A stretch of DNA of 33,644 nucleotides from a virus (taxonomy: Duplodnaviria > Caudoviricetes). Position numbers and translations under genes: made by a program. Below the pieces are notes generated by a model that searched no databases, was not told the DNA's origin, and saw only the letters and a program-made list of their open reading frames with translations. Location of the stretch: IMG/VR virus record IMGVR_UViG_3300004686_000008, positions 1-33,644 of that record; one strand, written 5' to 3'. This document shows positions 18,685-27,793 of this stretch, piece after piece; the first letter of the stretch is position 1; each line of letters starts with the position of its first letter.

Positions 18685-19053
18685 TCATGTCGGTATCGGC
18701 ACGTTGAAGTTAATGATGGAACCCTGCTGGGTGATGATGTTCACCTGATATACAGGGGTCGGCACTTGATACTGATTCAGCGCATTGATTTTGCTGATTT
18801 TAAGCGATGCAAAGTATCGCGCATATTGTTGCTGAGTGAAATAAACGGCAAGGTCTGGGAACACTTGCGTGGTAACGCTTTGAATGGCCGGAATGCCATA
18901 GTTTGCCCAGAAAGGTGATTCATTCTGATTAAGCTGAAGCACCTGAGCCAAAGCGGTGACGTACACGGCATCGTTATAGCCATTGGCATCCGTTGTGACT
19001 TCGTTCCATGTGTAAGTGCCATCAGTGTGATAGGTCCGGCCCCAACATCTCAT
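18685..19053 (-). CDS. baseplate wedge/sheath-initiator protein (gp25-like)
   Basis: position between spike and J-like genes; LQLNQNESPFWANYGIP. Confidence 0.72.
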   Translation of the reverse strand: MRCWGRTYHTDGTYTWNEVTTDANGYNDAVYVTALAQVLQLNQNESPFWANYGIPAIQSVTTQVFPDLAVYFTQQQYARYFASLKISKINALNQYQVPTPVYQVNIITQQGSIINFNVPIPT

Positions 19054-19682
19054 ACCACGTTACCCGTATTACTTGATCCGGTAGAAACACCCGAATGATG
19101 ATGCGTCAGGAAATCCTTGCCCATGATCTTGACTGATGTTCCCTCAATGTCAATCGCTCCATTTTTGGCGATAGAGATGAAAGACGTTCCGCTTTTGAGC
19201 GTGATTCCTGTAGGCGTTATCGTGACCACAGAATTTCCGGCCTCATCCTGAATAGTTACGCCATTCGGACCATACATCCATACCGTGTTGATATCTGGAT
19301 TGCTCGGCCATCCTTTATTGGTAATGGGCTGAAACACCAGAACCTTGTTAAGGTTGCCAAAATTCTTGAATGTGGCGGGTGTCGATTTTTCCGCTGTAAT
19401 CTGTTCGGTAGGAACGTCTACAAAAGTCGTGTAGCCTCTGGTTCCAATTTGGATAGGAAGCCTCACGTATTCGCTCATGAATACAGGAATCGTGATCTGA
19501 GGGAACTGAAAGGCGTTTTGCACCATTTCAAAGTTGACCGTCACGAACAAACCATCGTCACTGATTGCAATGACAGTGCAAGGAAGCTCCCATCCCATCT
19601 GCTGTTGATTCGCTTCATTGCGATAGTCAACAGACTGCGAAAGGTTTTGTACGTATGGAAGTTTTCCAGCAAAGTTTGTCAT
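19050..19682 (-). CDS. baseplate central spike (gpV/Gp138-like)
   Basis: N-terminal OB-like LPCTVIAI; beta-repeat C-terminus ending FLTHHHSGVSTGSSNTG (HxH metal site). Confidence 0.88.
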   Translation of the reverse strand: MTNFAGKLPYVQNLSQSVDYRNEANQQQMGWELPCTVIAISDDGLFVTVNFEMVQNAFQFPQITIPVFMSEYVRLPIQIGTRGYTTFVDVPTEQITAEKSTPATFKNFGNLNKVLVFQPITNKGWPSNPDINTVWMYGPNGVTIQDEAGNSVVTITPTGITLKSGTSFISIAKNGAIDIEGTSVKIMGKDFLTHHHSGVSTGSSNTGNVV

Positions 19683-20020
19683 GGCGTGACCACTAACGTT
19701 TGATCTTGCGGATAGTAATACATCGCGGAAGTCTGAAAATAACCCGCAATGATGTTAATCGGTCGATTTAGTGCAAGTGTAATGGTCTTATTGTTGGTCG
19801 TTTGTACGAAATCGGTGTTGGTGTACGTGTAATCGGCTGATGGGGGACTTCCGATCAGCGGGATCGTCACAACGCGATTGCCGAATTGATCCAAGATAGT
19901 GACGTAATTCCGCTGGCCAAATACATTCCATGCAATCGTTGCCGTATAACCCGCCCCATCCAGTGTGACCTGAAGATTGATGGCGGTTTTAAACGATTCT
20001 GGCACGTTAAATTTCGTCAT
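19679..20020 (-). CDS. small baseplate protein
   Basis: VTLDG..Y...IAWNVFGQRNY motif; position upstream of the spike. Confidence 0.7.
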   Translation of the reverse strand: MTKFNVPESFKTAINLQVTLDGAGYTATIAWNVFGQRNYVTILDQFGNRVVTIPLIGSPPSADYTYTNTDFVQTTNNKTITLALNRPINIIAGYFQTSAMYYYPQDQTLVVTP

Positions 20021-20022
20021 GA

Positions 20023-20652
20023 TTAACCCAGCAATGACTGGCCGCCATTAGCGACAGTTTGATAGAACGTATTCAATGTGCCGTTAGATTGCGGCAACGT
20101 CAGCAATGGTTGAACGAAATCCATCTGCCAAGAAACCTGCGGTTGATTGGTTTCGCCCGATGAAACATCAACAAAATTCGTCAGAAGGCAGTTGCTGTAG
20201 ACATAGCTTGGAGTCATGACGGTAAACGTGCCGCCAGCATTGATATGCGCCTGAATCAATCCTTGAAGGGCAAAGATAGTTGCCAGCTTCAATGACCACG
20301 GCGTACCGCCACCGGCAGGGGCGTGACCCAGCATAGAAACCCTAAGGGGCCTTTGAACCTGAGCATTAGCCGCGATTTGATTGGTATAAAACGGATACTC
20401 AGCAATTTCAGATTCCCATAGCGTTGATCCCGGCATGGGACGCCATGTGAAAAGCGGCTGGGCAAAAGGCTGAATGTTGCCGCCATCAAGGATGGATGAC
20501 GTTACGGTCCCGGCAACGGAAATGGATTGCGTGATGGCAATGATCGGAATTCCCATCGGGGACCATGAAAACAGTCCACCCGTGAACAGAATAGGACTCC
20601 ATTCATACGCTAGGGAAAAAGCCGTATTGACTGTTGAATTAACGGGGGTCAT
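20023..20652 (-). CDS. tail tube initiator / Dit-like protein
   Basis: IAEYPF...AANA, FTVMTPSYVYSNCLL, WQMDFVQPL; position in the baseplate module. Confidence 0.72.
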   Translation of the reverse strand: MTPVNSTVNTAFSLAYEWSPILFTGGLFSWSPMGIPIIAITQSISVAGTVTSSILDGGNIQPFAQPLFTWRPMPGSTLWESEIAEYPFYTNQIAANAQVQRPLRVSMLGHAPAGGGTPWSLKLATIFALQGLIQAHINAGGTFTVMTPSYVYSNCLLTNFVDVSSGETNQPQVSWQMDFVQPLLTLPQSNGTLNTFYQTVANGGQSLLG

Positions 20653-21803
20653 TGCACTGTCTCAAGTGGCCCAACGGTTACAAAGCCTACACGTTCTGGC
20701 TGTGGCGCGGGTTCATTCGGATTAAACCTTAATGGACGTGCCGCATCCACATAAGTAACCCATCCCGTAGGTGATGTATCTCTGAATCTGCCCATGTGCC
20801 TAACCCCCATGACCATTAGTTCACCGCTTGATGGGGATACAAATTGATCCCGGATGATGATAAGCGAAGGATTGGCTTGAGTGGGCAAACTGTTGGGATA
20901 TTTTACTTTGAATCCCAGATTGATATCAGACCGCATCGGGTGAACGGATTGAAGCATCCCGGAATCAGACATCCATGTGGGTTGGCCTATGAACTCTTGA
21001 TATTCAAGACTGATAGCGCCTGACGGTTGGGTTCCGTCCTGAAGCAAAAGCAATTTCTGGCTAGGAAGCCATTGCATCATCACGCCGTAGTAATACTGAA
21101 AATTCCCGCCACCTACCGATGTGTTGGTTGCGGTCCCAGTGGTTTGCGTATTGGGAGGATTCAGATAGTCACGGGTCATGCTTCTGATAAAGGATGAGAA
21201 GCCTTGGAAGTTGCCTTGCCATCCCTGAATTCCACCCGGAGGAGGCGTATTTAACCCTGATCGGATTGATCCTTTGACCGTAACGCCAAAGGGCTTAAAC
21301 GTGTTTTCTATGGCGGCACTCAACGGACCTTCAGTCCAGCTAAAGCTAAGATTTGAAACGGACCCAACGCCAGTCCCCGCTGACAAATCAAGGCTTACAT
21401 CGCCATAGTAGTCGCTAGGATACAAAAGAAAATCCAGCACAAGGTCAGTGCCCAACCAATTGGCAAACGTATTCTGAACGACCCCAGCGCCAATGATCCC
21501 TGCCTGTGATGGGTTTGCAAGCGGCAATCCCTGCTTAAATCCTGCTTCAATGACGCAATAGGAATTGTTGTATTGAATTGAATCCCTGACCATCGTCAAA
21601 GTCGGGTTGTGAATTCGGATGTGCGTTTGAGCGGACAGCATATGACCGAAAGCATTGGCGATTTCAAACTCAACTTCTAAAGCACCCGGATTGAATGTCC
21701 CATCCTCAAAGTGCGAACTAAAGGTGTCAGGGAAACTAGGATCATTCCCGGAAACGCCTCGACCCGTCTTTTGATCTACAAAAGTGATCTTGTAGTATCT
21801 CAT
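20649..21803 (-). CDS. baseplate hub protein
   Basis: 384 aa after the tape measure; NPGALEVEF, EFIGQPTW, MRSDI, VRHMGRFR...WVT. Confidence 0.75.
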   Translation of the reverse strand: MRYYKITFVDQKTGRGVSGNDPSFPDTFSSHFEDGTFNPGALEVEFEIANAFGHMLSAQTHIRIHNPTLTMVRDSIQYNNSYCVIEAGFKQGLPLANPSQAGIIGAGVVQNTFANWLGTDLVLDFLLYPSDYYGDVSLDLSAGTGVGSVSNLSFSWTEGPLSAAIENTFKPFGVTVKGSIRSGLNTPPPGGIQGWQGNFQGFSSFIRSMTRDYLNPPNTQTTGTATNTSVGGGNFQYYYGVMMQWLPSQKLLLLQDGTQPSGAISLEYQEFIGQPTWMSDSGMLQSVHPMRSDINLGFKVKYPNSLPTQANPSLIIIRDQFVSPSSGELMVMGVRHMGRFRDTSPTGWVTYVDAARPLRFNPNEPAPQPERVGFVTVGPLETVQ

Positions 21804-23590
21804 GGGCCTTTACCCGCTCCCGTAGCCCGTACCTGATTGACAGTCACGTCAGAGCCAGCCGGTGCGCTGACTGATACTTGCAGGTTGCGCCCAGCGATTT
21901 CAGCATATCGGCGCACATTTGAAACGTATTGCTGAGTTTCAGAAGGCGCATGAGCCAGCCATCCTTCGCCATATCTGCGTTGTGCTTTTTGTACGTTCCC
22001 TTCGCCCCAGTTGTAAGCGGCAAGAGCGGCGGTCTGATCGCCGTGGAACATTTCTAGCAAGCGCCTTTGATATTCGGATGCGCCGCGAATTGCTTGATCC
22101 GGGTCATAGGGATCAATGCGATATTGACTTGCAGTGCTAGGCATAAATTGCATCATGCCACCAGCACCTTTAGGGCTTTTTGCCAAAGGATTAAAACGGC
22201 TTTCAGCCATGCCAATACCGTACAAAATAGTCGGGTCAACTCCCGCCTGTTTGCCGTATTTTTCAAATAGACCGGTATATGCAGACCCTTTCCGCATTGC
22301 CGCCGCTTCACTTCCCGTAAGCCCTGCAAGGTCCATGTTAGAGGCAATATGACTAGAAACAGCGCCAACCGGACTGATTCCCATCAAGGTTGCCATTGGG
22401 CTTTGACTGAACTGAGTTAGCATTTGCTTGAATATCTCAGCCGCTTCGGTAAGCGGTCTGATGGCTTCCTTGAAGTGCCGCTCTAGGCTATTTCCAATCT
22501 TTTCAAAAACCGGACCCGCAACATCAATGATGGCATCAAATACGGACTTCATGTCCTTTTTGATTCGGTCCCAAAACGCATCCCAATTTCCAGTGCTTAA
22601 AGCATTCTGCAAGGCCCACAAATCAGCTTGCAGATGATCGACCATGGTAGATATGCCGTTTGAGCCTTCCATCTTTTTGCCAATCACTTTACCGACTTCC
22701 ATCAAGGGATCAAGCAATGGCGTTAGAATGTTCATCATGCCGGTTTCGCCTTTCAAAAACCCACCAGTCAGAAACTGGTTAAATTTCTGCCATGCGCCCG
22801 GACTTGCAAGCTGAGTTTGCTTTTTGAGTTCTTCGTTTTCCCGTCTAAGCCTTTCCGCTTCATTTTCAGTAGCCAGCATCCGCTGTTGACCTTGAACACC
22901 CATAAAGCCAAGACCTGCCGCCTCCATCTGGGATGGCATCATGCCTCCGGGTCTTTTGGCTTGGGAGGTCGCGTAATCGGCAAACCCAAACATGAGTTCA
23001 TCCTTGCTCATGCCTTTTAGGTCTTGAGGGCTGACACCCAAGAATCGAGATAATCCCGCAATTAAAAGCGATCCGGGTTTAGCCATTTCCTCTTGTAGAT
23101 GACCGGCAACGCCAGCCACGTCCATGCGCTGACCCAAGGTCACGCCCAATCGCGCAATATCCTGCGGACCTCCAAACCCAAGCCCTTGAGCCTGATACAT
23201 TCGGTGCTGTGTTCTTCCAGCCGCGCCAACCATACCGGCCAGAGAAGCAACTGACGCGATACCCGCCAGAAGCCCCCCATGACCGACAATCGTTTTGGTC
23301 AGAGAAGTAAATGCACCGATCAGCTTTTTGCCAGAATCAACGGCTAGATTGGTAGCCGTTTTCGTCATTTGGGTCGTAAACCCTAAAAGAGCTTCGGTGC
23401 TTTTTTTCATGGCTTTGCTATAAGCGTCAAAGTCATTTGCCGCTTGCCTTGCCTTAGCGCCGCTGACCGTTCCCGTAGCGCCACCGCCCATCGTCCCCAT
23501 AGACTTCTTCATAGCGTCAAGGTCTGCCTTAAACGCTCTAAAAGCGTCATCCTTGATATCGATTTCTAAGACAGACGTAATATCAGCCAT
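21800..23590 (-). CDS. tape measure protein with C-terminal lytic transglycosylase (SLT) domain
   Basis: helical Ala/Gly/Met-rich body; AESRFNP.A.SPKGAGGMMQFMP.TA, ALAAYNWGEGNV, ETQQYV. Confidence 0.92.
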   Translation of the reverse strand: MADITSVLEIDIKDDAFRAFKADLDAMKKSMGTMGGGATGTVSGAKARQAANDFDAYSKAMKKSTEALLGFTTQMTKTATNLAVDSGKKLIGAFTSLTKTIVGHGGLLAGIASVASLAGMVGAAGRTQHRMYQAQGLGFGGPQDIARLGVTLGQRMDVAGVAGHLQEEMAKPGSLLIAGLSRFLGVSPQDLKGMSKDELMFGFADYATSQAKRPGGMMPSQMEAAGLGFMGVQGQQRMLATENEAERLRRENEELKKQTQLASPGAWQKFNQFLTGGFLKGETGMMNILTPLLDPLMEVGKVIGKKMEGSNGISTMVDHLQADLWALQNALSTGNWDAFWDRIKKDMKSVFDAIIDVAGPVFEKIGNSLERHFKEAIRPLTEAAEIFKQMLTQFSQSPMATLMGISPVGAVSSHIASNMDLAGLTGSEAAAMRKGSAYTGLFEKYGKQAGVDPTILYGIGMAESRFNPLAKSPKGAGGMMQFMPSTASQYRIDPYDPDQAIRGASEYQRRLLEMFHGDQTAALAAYNWGEGNVQKAQRRYGEGWLAHAPSETQQYVSNVRRYAEIAGRNLQVSVSAPAGSDVTVNQVRATGAGKGP

Positions 23591-23688
23591 CAGAACACCT
23601 TAGAGTAACGAGAACGAAAGTGTAGGGCATCGTCCCAATCTGAACCGGCAACACTCGGAAAATGCGTTGTCCTTAACGCCTCCATCAT
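23590..23688 (-). CDS. tail chaperone second-frame segment (MMEALR...WDDALHFRSRYSKVF): -1 frameshift extension or coupled 32-aa peptide
   Basis: not in the ORF track; -1 frame relative to the chaperone; its TGA overlaps the tape measure ATG (TGATG). Confidence 0.55.
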   Translation of the reverse strand: MMEALRTTHFPSVAGSDWDDALHFRSRYSKVF

Positions 23689-24209
23689 ATCGGCAACGAA
23701 GTGTCCATAATGCCAATAGGTTCGGGAGTGGTCGATATCGTCGTAGAAGGAAACACTTCCGTAGCATTCGAGGAGGTAAGCTCCAAGCCCAATGCAGTCT
23801 GAATCGTGGAAAACCAGACCCTGAACCGACTTGGGAATACATGACGCCGAAAAACAATAAAAAAAAGCAGTTTGCAGAGGATTTCATCCTTCACATCGTC
23901 TGAGACTTCCGCTACGTCGAAAAGAGCGGGTTTGGACGTGTAGATCAGGGTAGCCCCGCGAATCTGCCCTAGAAGCTCCTGAGCCTCCTTAGCGCGCCCG
24001 ATATTCTCTGCGGCTTCTAAGAATACCGATTTGGTCAAAATAGCGTTAGGAACCTTCATAGAAGCCAGTTCATCGTAGGTTTCGGTGAACAGCTTTCTTT
24101 GAATATCGTAAACCGGAGTCGGCAGAGGCGTGTGATGGGCAATGATAGGATTGCCATCTTCATCCTCAGACCGGATAACGATGTTGAGTTCTTTGTTAAT
24201 CTTGGTCAT
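23685..24209 (-). CDS. tail assembly chaperone
   Basis: position between tube and tape measure; KINKELNIVI N-terminus; AAGGGA SD. Confidence 0.75.
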   Translation of the reverse strand: MTKINKELNIVIRSEDEDGNPIIAHHTPLPTPVYDIQRKLFTETYDELASMKVPNAILTKSVFLEAAENIGRAKEAQELLGQIRGATLIYTSKPALFDVAEVSDDVKDEILCKLLFFIVFRRHVFPSRFRVWFSTIQTALGLELTSSNATEVFPSTTISTTPEPIGIMDTSLPI

Positions 24210-24216
24210 TTCAATT

Positions 24217-24299
24217 TCCCTTCATTGAATTCCCTGAAAGGATAGGACAGTCAACCCGCAGGGATGACGAGCTTTCGGTGCGCTACCTAGACTGCCCTA
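24217..24299 (-). promoter_or_regulatory. putative structured RNA leader (three-way junction with loop complementary to the RBS) between tube and chaperone genes
   Basis: outer stem TAGGGCAGTC/GACTGTCCTA; GGT-AGCGC-ACC, GAAA linker, GCTCG-TCATCCCTG-CGGGT; loop complementary to CAGGGA (24236-24231) and AGGGA (24221-24217). Confidence 0.6.
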
Positions 24300-24304
24300 A
24301 CTGG

Positions 24305-24751
24305 TTAAACCAGATTCCAGAGGTCGTTACTGGTGTTGTATTGACCCTGAATAACCAGAGTAAAGTCAGGTTGAAGACCTGCCATGCTGATCTGGTTCCA
24401 GTTAATAATTGAAGCGTTAATCAGGCTGAACTTCGGCATGACAGAAGTATCCGGGACCACCGTAATGTTCCCCAATACCGGGGAATTTTGGATGGCGTTG
24501 AGATACTGCGCTGAAATGGCCAAAGACTTGATGACCGCTACCGTGATCTGAATGAGCTGATAAGGCTCCTCAGAATTCACGATGGTAGTCATGCCTTGCA
24601 TCTGAGTAACAACCGCTGATTGCGGAGCGACCACGATGCCTTCCTTTGCCTGAAATTGCGCCGGAATGTTAAGGGTTTCATTGCCCGGAACAATAACCGA
24701 TGCTCGGACTCGGTTCAGGTTGCCGGGGATGAGATTTGGATTAGTTGCCAT
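24305..24751 (-). CDS. tail tube protein
   Basis: 148 aa directly after the sheath; NP.L.PG.LNRVRASV, VNSEEPYQ; GGAG SD. Confidence 0.8.
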   Translation of the reverse strand: MATNPNLIPGNLNRVRASVIVPGNETLNIPAQFQAKEGIVVAPQSAVVTQMQGMTTIVNSEEPYQLIQITVAVIKSLAISAQYLNAIQNSPVLGNITVVPDTSVMPKFSLINASIINWNQISMAGLQPDFTLVIQGQYNTSNDLWNLV

Positions 24752-24761
24752 GATCTACTCC

Positions 24762-26153
24762 CTAGGCAAATTGCGTGACATTCAGGTTAAAGACAATCGT
24801 CTCAAATCCGTACTGCGGGGTGTATGCCACCTGAAGACCACCGTAAATTTGGTTGGCGTAATCAGACGGATTCAACGCAGTATAGATATTGAACGGGACC
24901 GCATTCACAACGAAGTTACCAGCGTAAACGCCAAGCCCTACATTGGTCGCAAAAACCGTAGGATCGAGGTCTACCTGAATCACCTGACCCAGCGCAAGCC
25001 CGGATGCAATAGCCGTGTTGCCTACCTGAACTACAACCTGTTGCAAACGGTCAATGCCGTTCTGGTCGTAGTAAAGCGGAGACAATGGGTTATTTGAACC
25101 GTTGATGACTGCGTTGGAAATGGCTTGGTTTGACTGAATCTGTACCCAGTCAATGGAGTAAGCCACGTTGAACGGAGTTCCATTCAGCGTCTTGCCATCA
25201 ATCAGGATGGTATTGCTGATGCCGCCCTCTGCGCCGGTAGCCACAAAGTTGATGTGGTTGGTCAGGAAGGTCGTAATCAGCGCCTGAGTGATCGGCGTGT
25301 ACGCTGTGACTGCGTTCAGGTAGGTGTATTGCGCCGGGGGCAGACGGTTGGTCGGAGTCGGCACAAATGCAGTGTAATACTGCGCCGGTGCGGTAACGTC
25401 CGATTCCGTAGCAAAGTCGGCACTCGGTGATTCAATCATAACGAATACGTTCTGAAGGGTGCTTTCACCTTCCCATGACGTATAGGTTGACTGAGAAACC
25501 GGCAACCAGAACTTAATCAGCGCATTCAAAGTGTTGTGCAACAGGAAGAACGCTCTGAGGTTCGTATGATCCGCATCCATTCCCGGCAGGAAAATCCAGT
25601 TATAGATGGTCTGCGGGTTAGCGGTCAGGTATGCAGTGACTTCACTGATGACGGTAGTCGTTACAGCGGAACCAGTTTCATAGACGTAATAACCCGTTCC
25701 AAGGTTGCCTTGCGCCCACCAAGTTGCATCATCGGCAATCAAATCCACCTGCGGTCCGACTTGGACAGTTCCAAGAACAGTTTCTGCGCCCGGATTGCTC
25801 GCAATCGAATAATGCAAGGTGGTGGTGTTCACGCTGGTCGCAACGAAATTGCCGTTGTAAGCCGTTGGCGCAACGCCAGCAACAACGATGTTCGTGGTTG
25901 AACCAACAGGGATACCATGCGGGTTAGTGGTAACTACCGTGACAACGCCCGTGGTCCAGCTAATCGCTGAAATGTCGTAGGCGGGAATCAGGTAATCGTT
26001 AAGCTGACCGGGAGCCGCAATCCACTGCGTCGTTCCTGCTGGAATGGTCGTGCCACCCATAGAAACAATCGCGGCAGTTTGTTGCAACCGATTAGGCAGA
26101 GGCGCAACCGTCTCAGAGACGTTGACCTGCACAATGCGGTTGTAATAGGCCAT
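24762..26153 (-). CDS. contractile tail sheath protein (DUF3383-like)
   Basis: IVQVNVS N-terminus; YSIDWVQI, NPLSPLYYDQNGIDRLQ, NPSDY, FETIVFNLNV C-terminus. Confidence 0.88.
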   Translation of the reverse strand: MAYYNRIVQVNVSETVAPLPNRLQQTAAIVSMGGTTIPAGTTQWIAAPGQLNDYLIPAYDISAISWTTGVVTVVTTNPHGIPVGSTTNIVVAGVAPTAYNGNFVATSVNTTTLHYSIASNPGAETVLGTVQVGPQVDLIADDATWWAQGNLGTGYYVYETGSAVTTTVISEVTAYLTANPQTIYNWIFLPGMDADHTNLRAFFLLHNTLNALIKFWLPVSQSTYTSWEGESTLQNVFVMIESPSADFATESDVTAPAQYYTAFVPTPTNRLPPAQYTYLNAVTAYTPITQALITTFLTNHINFVATGAEGGISNTILIDGKTLNGTPFNVAYSIDWVQIQSNQAISNAVINGSNNPLSPLYYDQNGIDRLQQVVVQVGNTAIASGLALGQVIQVDLDPTVFATNVGLGVYAGNFVVNAVPFNIYTALNPSDYANQIYGGLQVAYTPQYGFETIVFNLNVTQFA

Positions 26154-26163
26154 GATTTACCCC

Positions 26164-26463
26164 TTAGCTGTAAGAAACGGAAACGGTCTGGCCAGTGCCG
26201 GGAACGATCACGAGGCCATTAGCAAAAGGAAATTCAATCGCGTAGGTTCCAACGGTGTTCGGGATAGCGGCGATTTCATTGGCAACAGCGGCGGCTCCGG
26301 TGGTAGCCGCATCATTAACGGTTCCAACGGTAGAACCGGCAACAATAACGCTTACACGAACGACAAAACCATTGCTTGCTTTAACAACGGTTGCGGTGGT
26401 GATGTCGAGTGCTGACTTATTGGCTACGCTTAAAACGGTAGTCTGGAAAGGGCCTTGGGGCAT
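26164..26463 (-). CDS. small beta-rich virion protein
   Basis: 99 aa, GGAG SD; FANGLVIVPGTGQTVSVSY. Confidence 0.75.
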   Translation of the reverse strand: MPQGPFQTTVLSVANKSALDITTATVVKASNGFVVRVSVIVAGSTVGTVNDAATTGAAAVANEIAAIPNTVGTYAIEFPFANGLVIVPGTGQTVSVSYS

Positions 26464-26472
26464 GGTAATCTC

Positions 26473-27396
26473 CTATGCAGGGTTCAGATAAAAATCAATC
26501 GGCAGAACGGTCTGAATGTATTGGACTGCCATATCGTACACCGCAGACTGGTTATATGAAATTTCCATCTCGATGTATTTCTGTTGGGCCAATACGTTCA
26601 TTTCGGATTGAATCCGCTTACCGTCTCTCACGGTGATGCCGCCCTGCATGATGCCGTAGGTTCCTTGCAGGGAATTATTCAGAAGATACTGGACGAAATT
26701 CTGAATGTCTCTGTTAATCAGCCCATAAGTGATGAACCTTACACGGTCCTTCATGAGTTGATAGGTGTTGTCTCCATCCGTCCATGCAATTGGCTGTAGC
26801 ATGGTGGTGTCTTCTTGCTGAATGTCACACACAATGTAAGGTGGTGTAAGGTTTTCAGGAACAAGAAACGAAGGATAGACCGGCGCGTAATCGTTCAGCG
26901 CAATCCAAATCGGCAATGAATTAGATACCACAGGGGAAGGCGGCAAATCTTGCGCCGATTGCAGAATCTGTGTCCGCATTTCGGGATAGACAGCCTGTCC
27001 GATATAGTGCCAAAGATTCGCTTGCTCATAACGGTTCGCATGACTTGAGAAAGAAAACTCAAAGTCATCATACTGCCCGAAAAGCATTTCCGATGGTTGC
27101 AGGTCATTAAAATCGGCAACTTCTACAGGCGTGGTAAACACCACGTTTTGATAAGCCGAAGTCTTATCCAATTCCTGCTTTTGATCGGTCTGGTAATGCA
27201 ATGAACCGGCCACCATGATCGGTTGCTTGCTAAGATCGCGCACCCAGAACACATACCCGTCATAGGGCAAGATCACTCGATAGTAATAAACAAACTCAAT
27301 CTCTTGCGACTGGTCAAGAACCGTCAGGCCCGTATTGAGTACGGCCCCAAGAGAGTTGTTCGGGAAATTGCCGGTCAGGTCACTTGGATTCATCAA
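26473..27396 (-). CDS. head-tail joining / tail terminator protein (two-domain)
   Basis: 307 aa in the neck region; Y.RVILP.DGYVFWV, GSLH, VVSNSLPIW, VYPSFLVPENL.PPY. Confidence 0.7.
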   Translation of the reverse strand: MMNPSDLTGNFPNNSLGAVLNTGLTVLDQSQEIEFVYYYRVILPYDGYVFWVRDLSKQPIMVAGSLHYQTDQKQELDKTSAYQNVVFTTPVEVADFNDLQPSEMLFGQYDDFEFSFSSHANRYEQANLWHYIGQAVYPEMRTQILQSAQDLPPSPVVSNSLPIWIALNDYAPVYPSFLVPENLTPPYIVCDIQQEDTTMLQPIAWTDGDNTYQLMKDRVRFITYGLINRDIQNFVQYLLNNSLQGTYGIMQGGITVRDGKRIQSEMNVLAQQKYIEMEISYNQSAVYDMAVQYIQTVLPIDFYLNPA

Positions 27397-27793
27397 GCAT
27401 CACCCTGATTGAACCTTGGTAGAGTCCGCTATCAATAAAGGATGGTCTGGCAACACCAGATACCTTTGACTTGCCTCGACGCTTGCCGTTTTTAAATCGT
27501 GAACTGATGCCCATCCTTGATGCCTTGGTCGGTACTCCGGGCAAGACACCGTTAAAGGCTTGCATGGAAATGGCTTGCTTCAACGAACTAGCAATGGCGC
27601 TCATATCATGCTGAACGCCGCGATTCTTAACGCCCAAAATCTCTTGCATCACTTCCATGCCGATGAACTTTTTGTTCATACCGACATAGGCATTCATGAT
27701 GCCATACTTATTCTCAAGCCAATTCGCAACATCCCCCGTGGTGGTTTTGTCGGTTCCGTATGGGATGTTATTGACTCCAAAGATGAGCTTCAC
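27380..27793 (-). CDS. neck / tail-completion protein
   Basis: GTG start with GTGA overlap; TTTGDVA.WLE.KYGIM, RPSFIDSGLYQ. Confidence 0.72.
   Translation of the reverse strand: MKLIFGVNNIPYGTDKTTTGDVANWLENKYGIMNAYVGMNKKFIGMEVMQEILGVKNRGVQHDMSAIASSLKQAISMQAFNGVLPGVPTKASRMGISSRFKNGKRRGKSKVSGVARPSFIDSGLYQGSIRVMLDESK

Noticed and set aside
23600-23887. 95-aa ORF in the +1 frame of the tail chaperone as the frameshift product
   Set aside because: It has no SD and an Arg/Cys-rich atypical composition; the -1 frame, which couples to the tape measure start, is the better candidate.
26473-27396. Unusually long head-tail protein as a novel fusion
   Set aside because: I recall similar ~300-aa proteins at this position in related myovirus modules, so it is probably family-typical.
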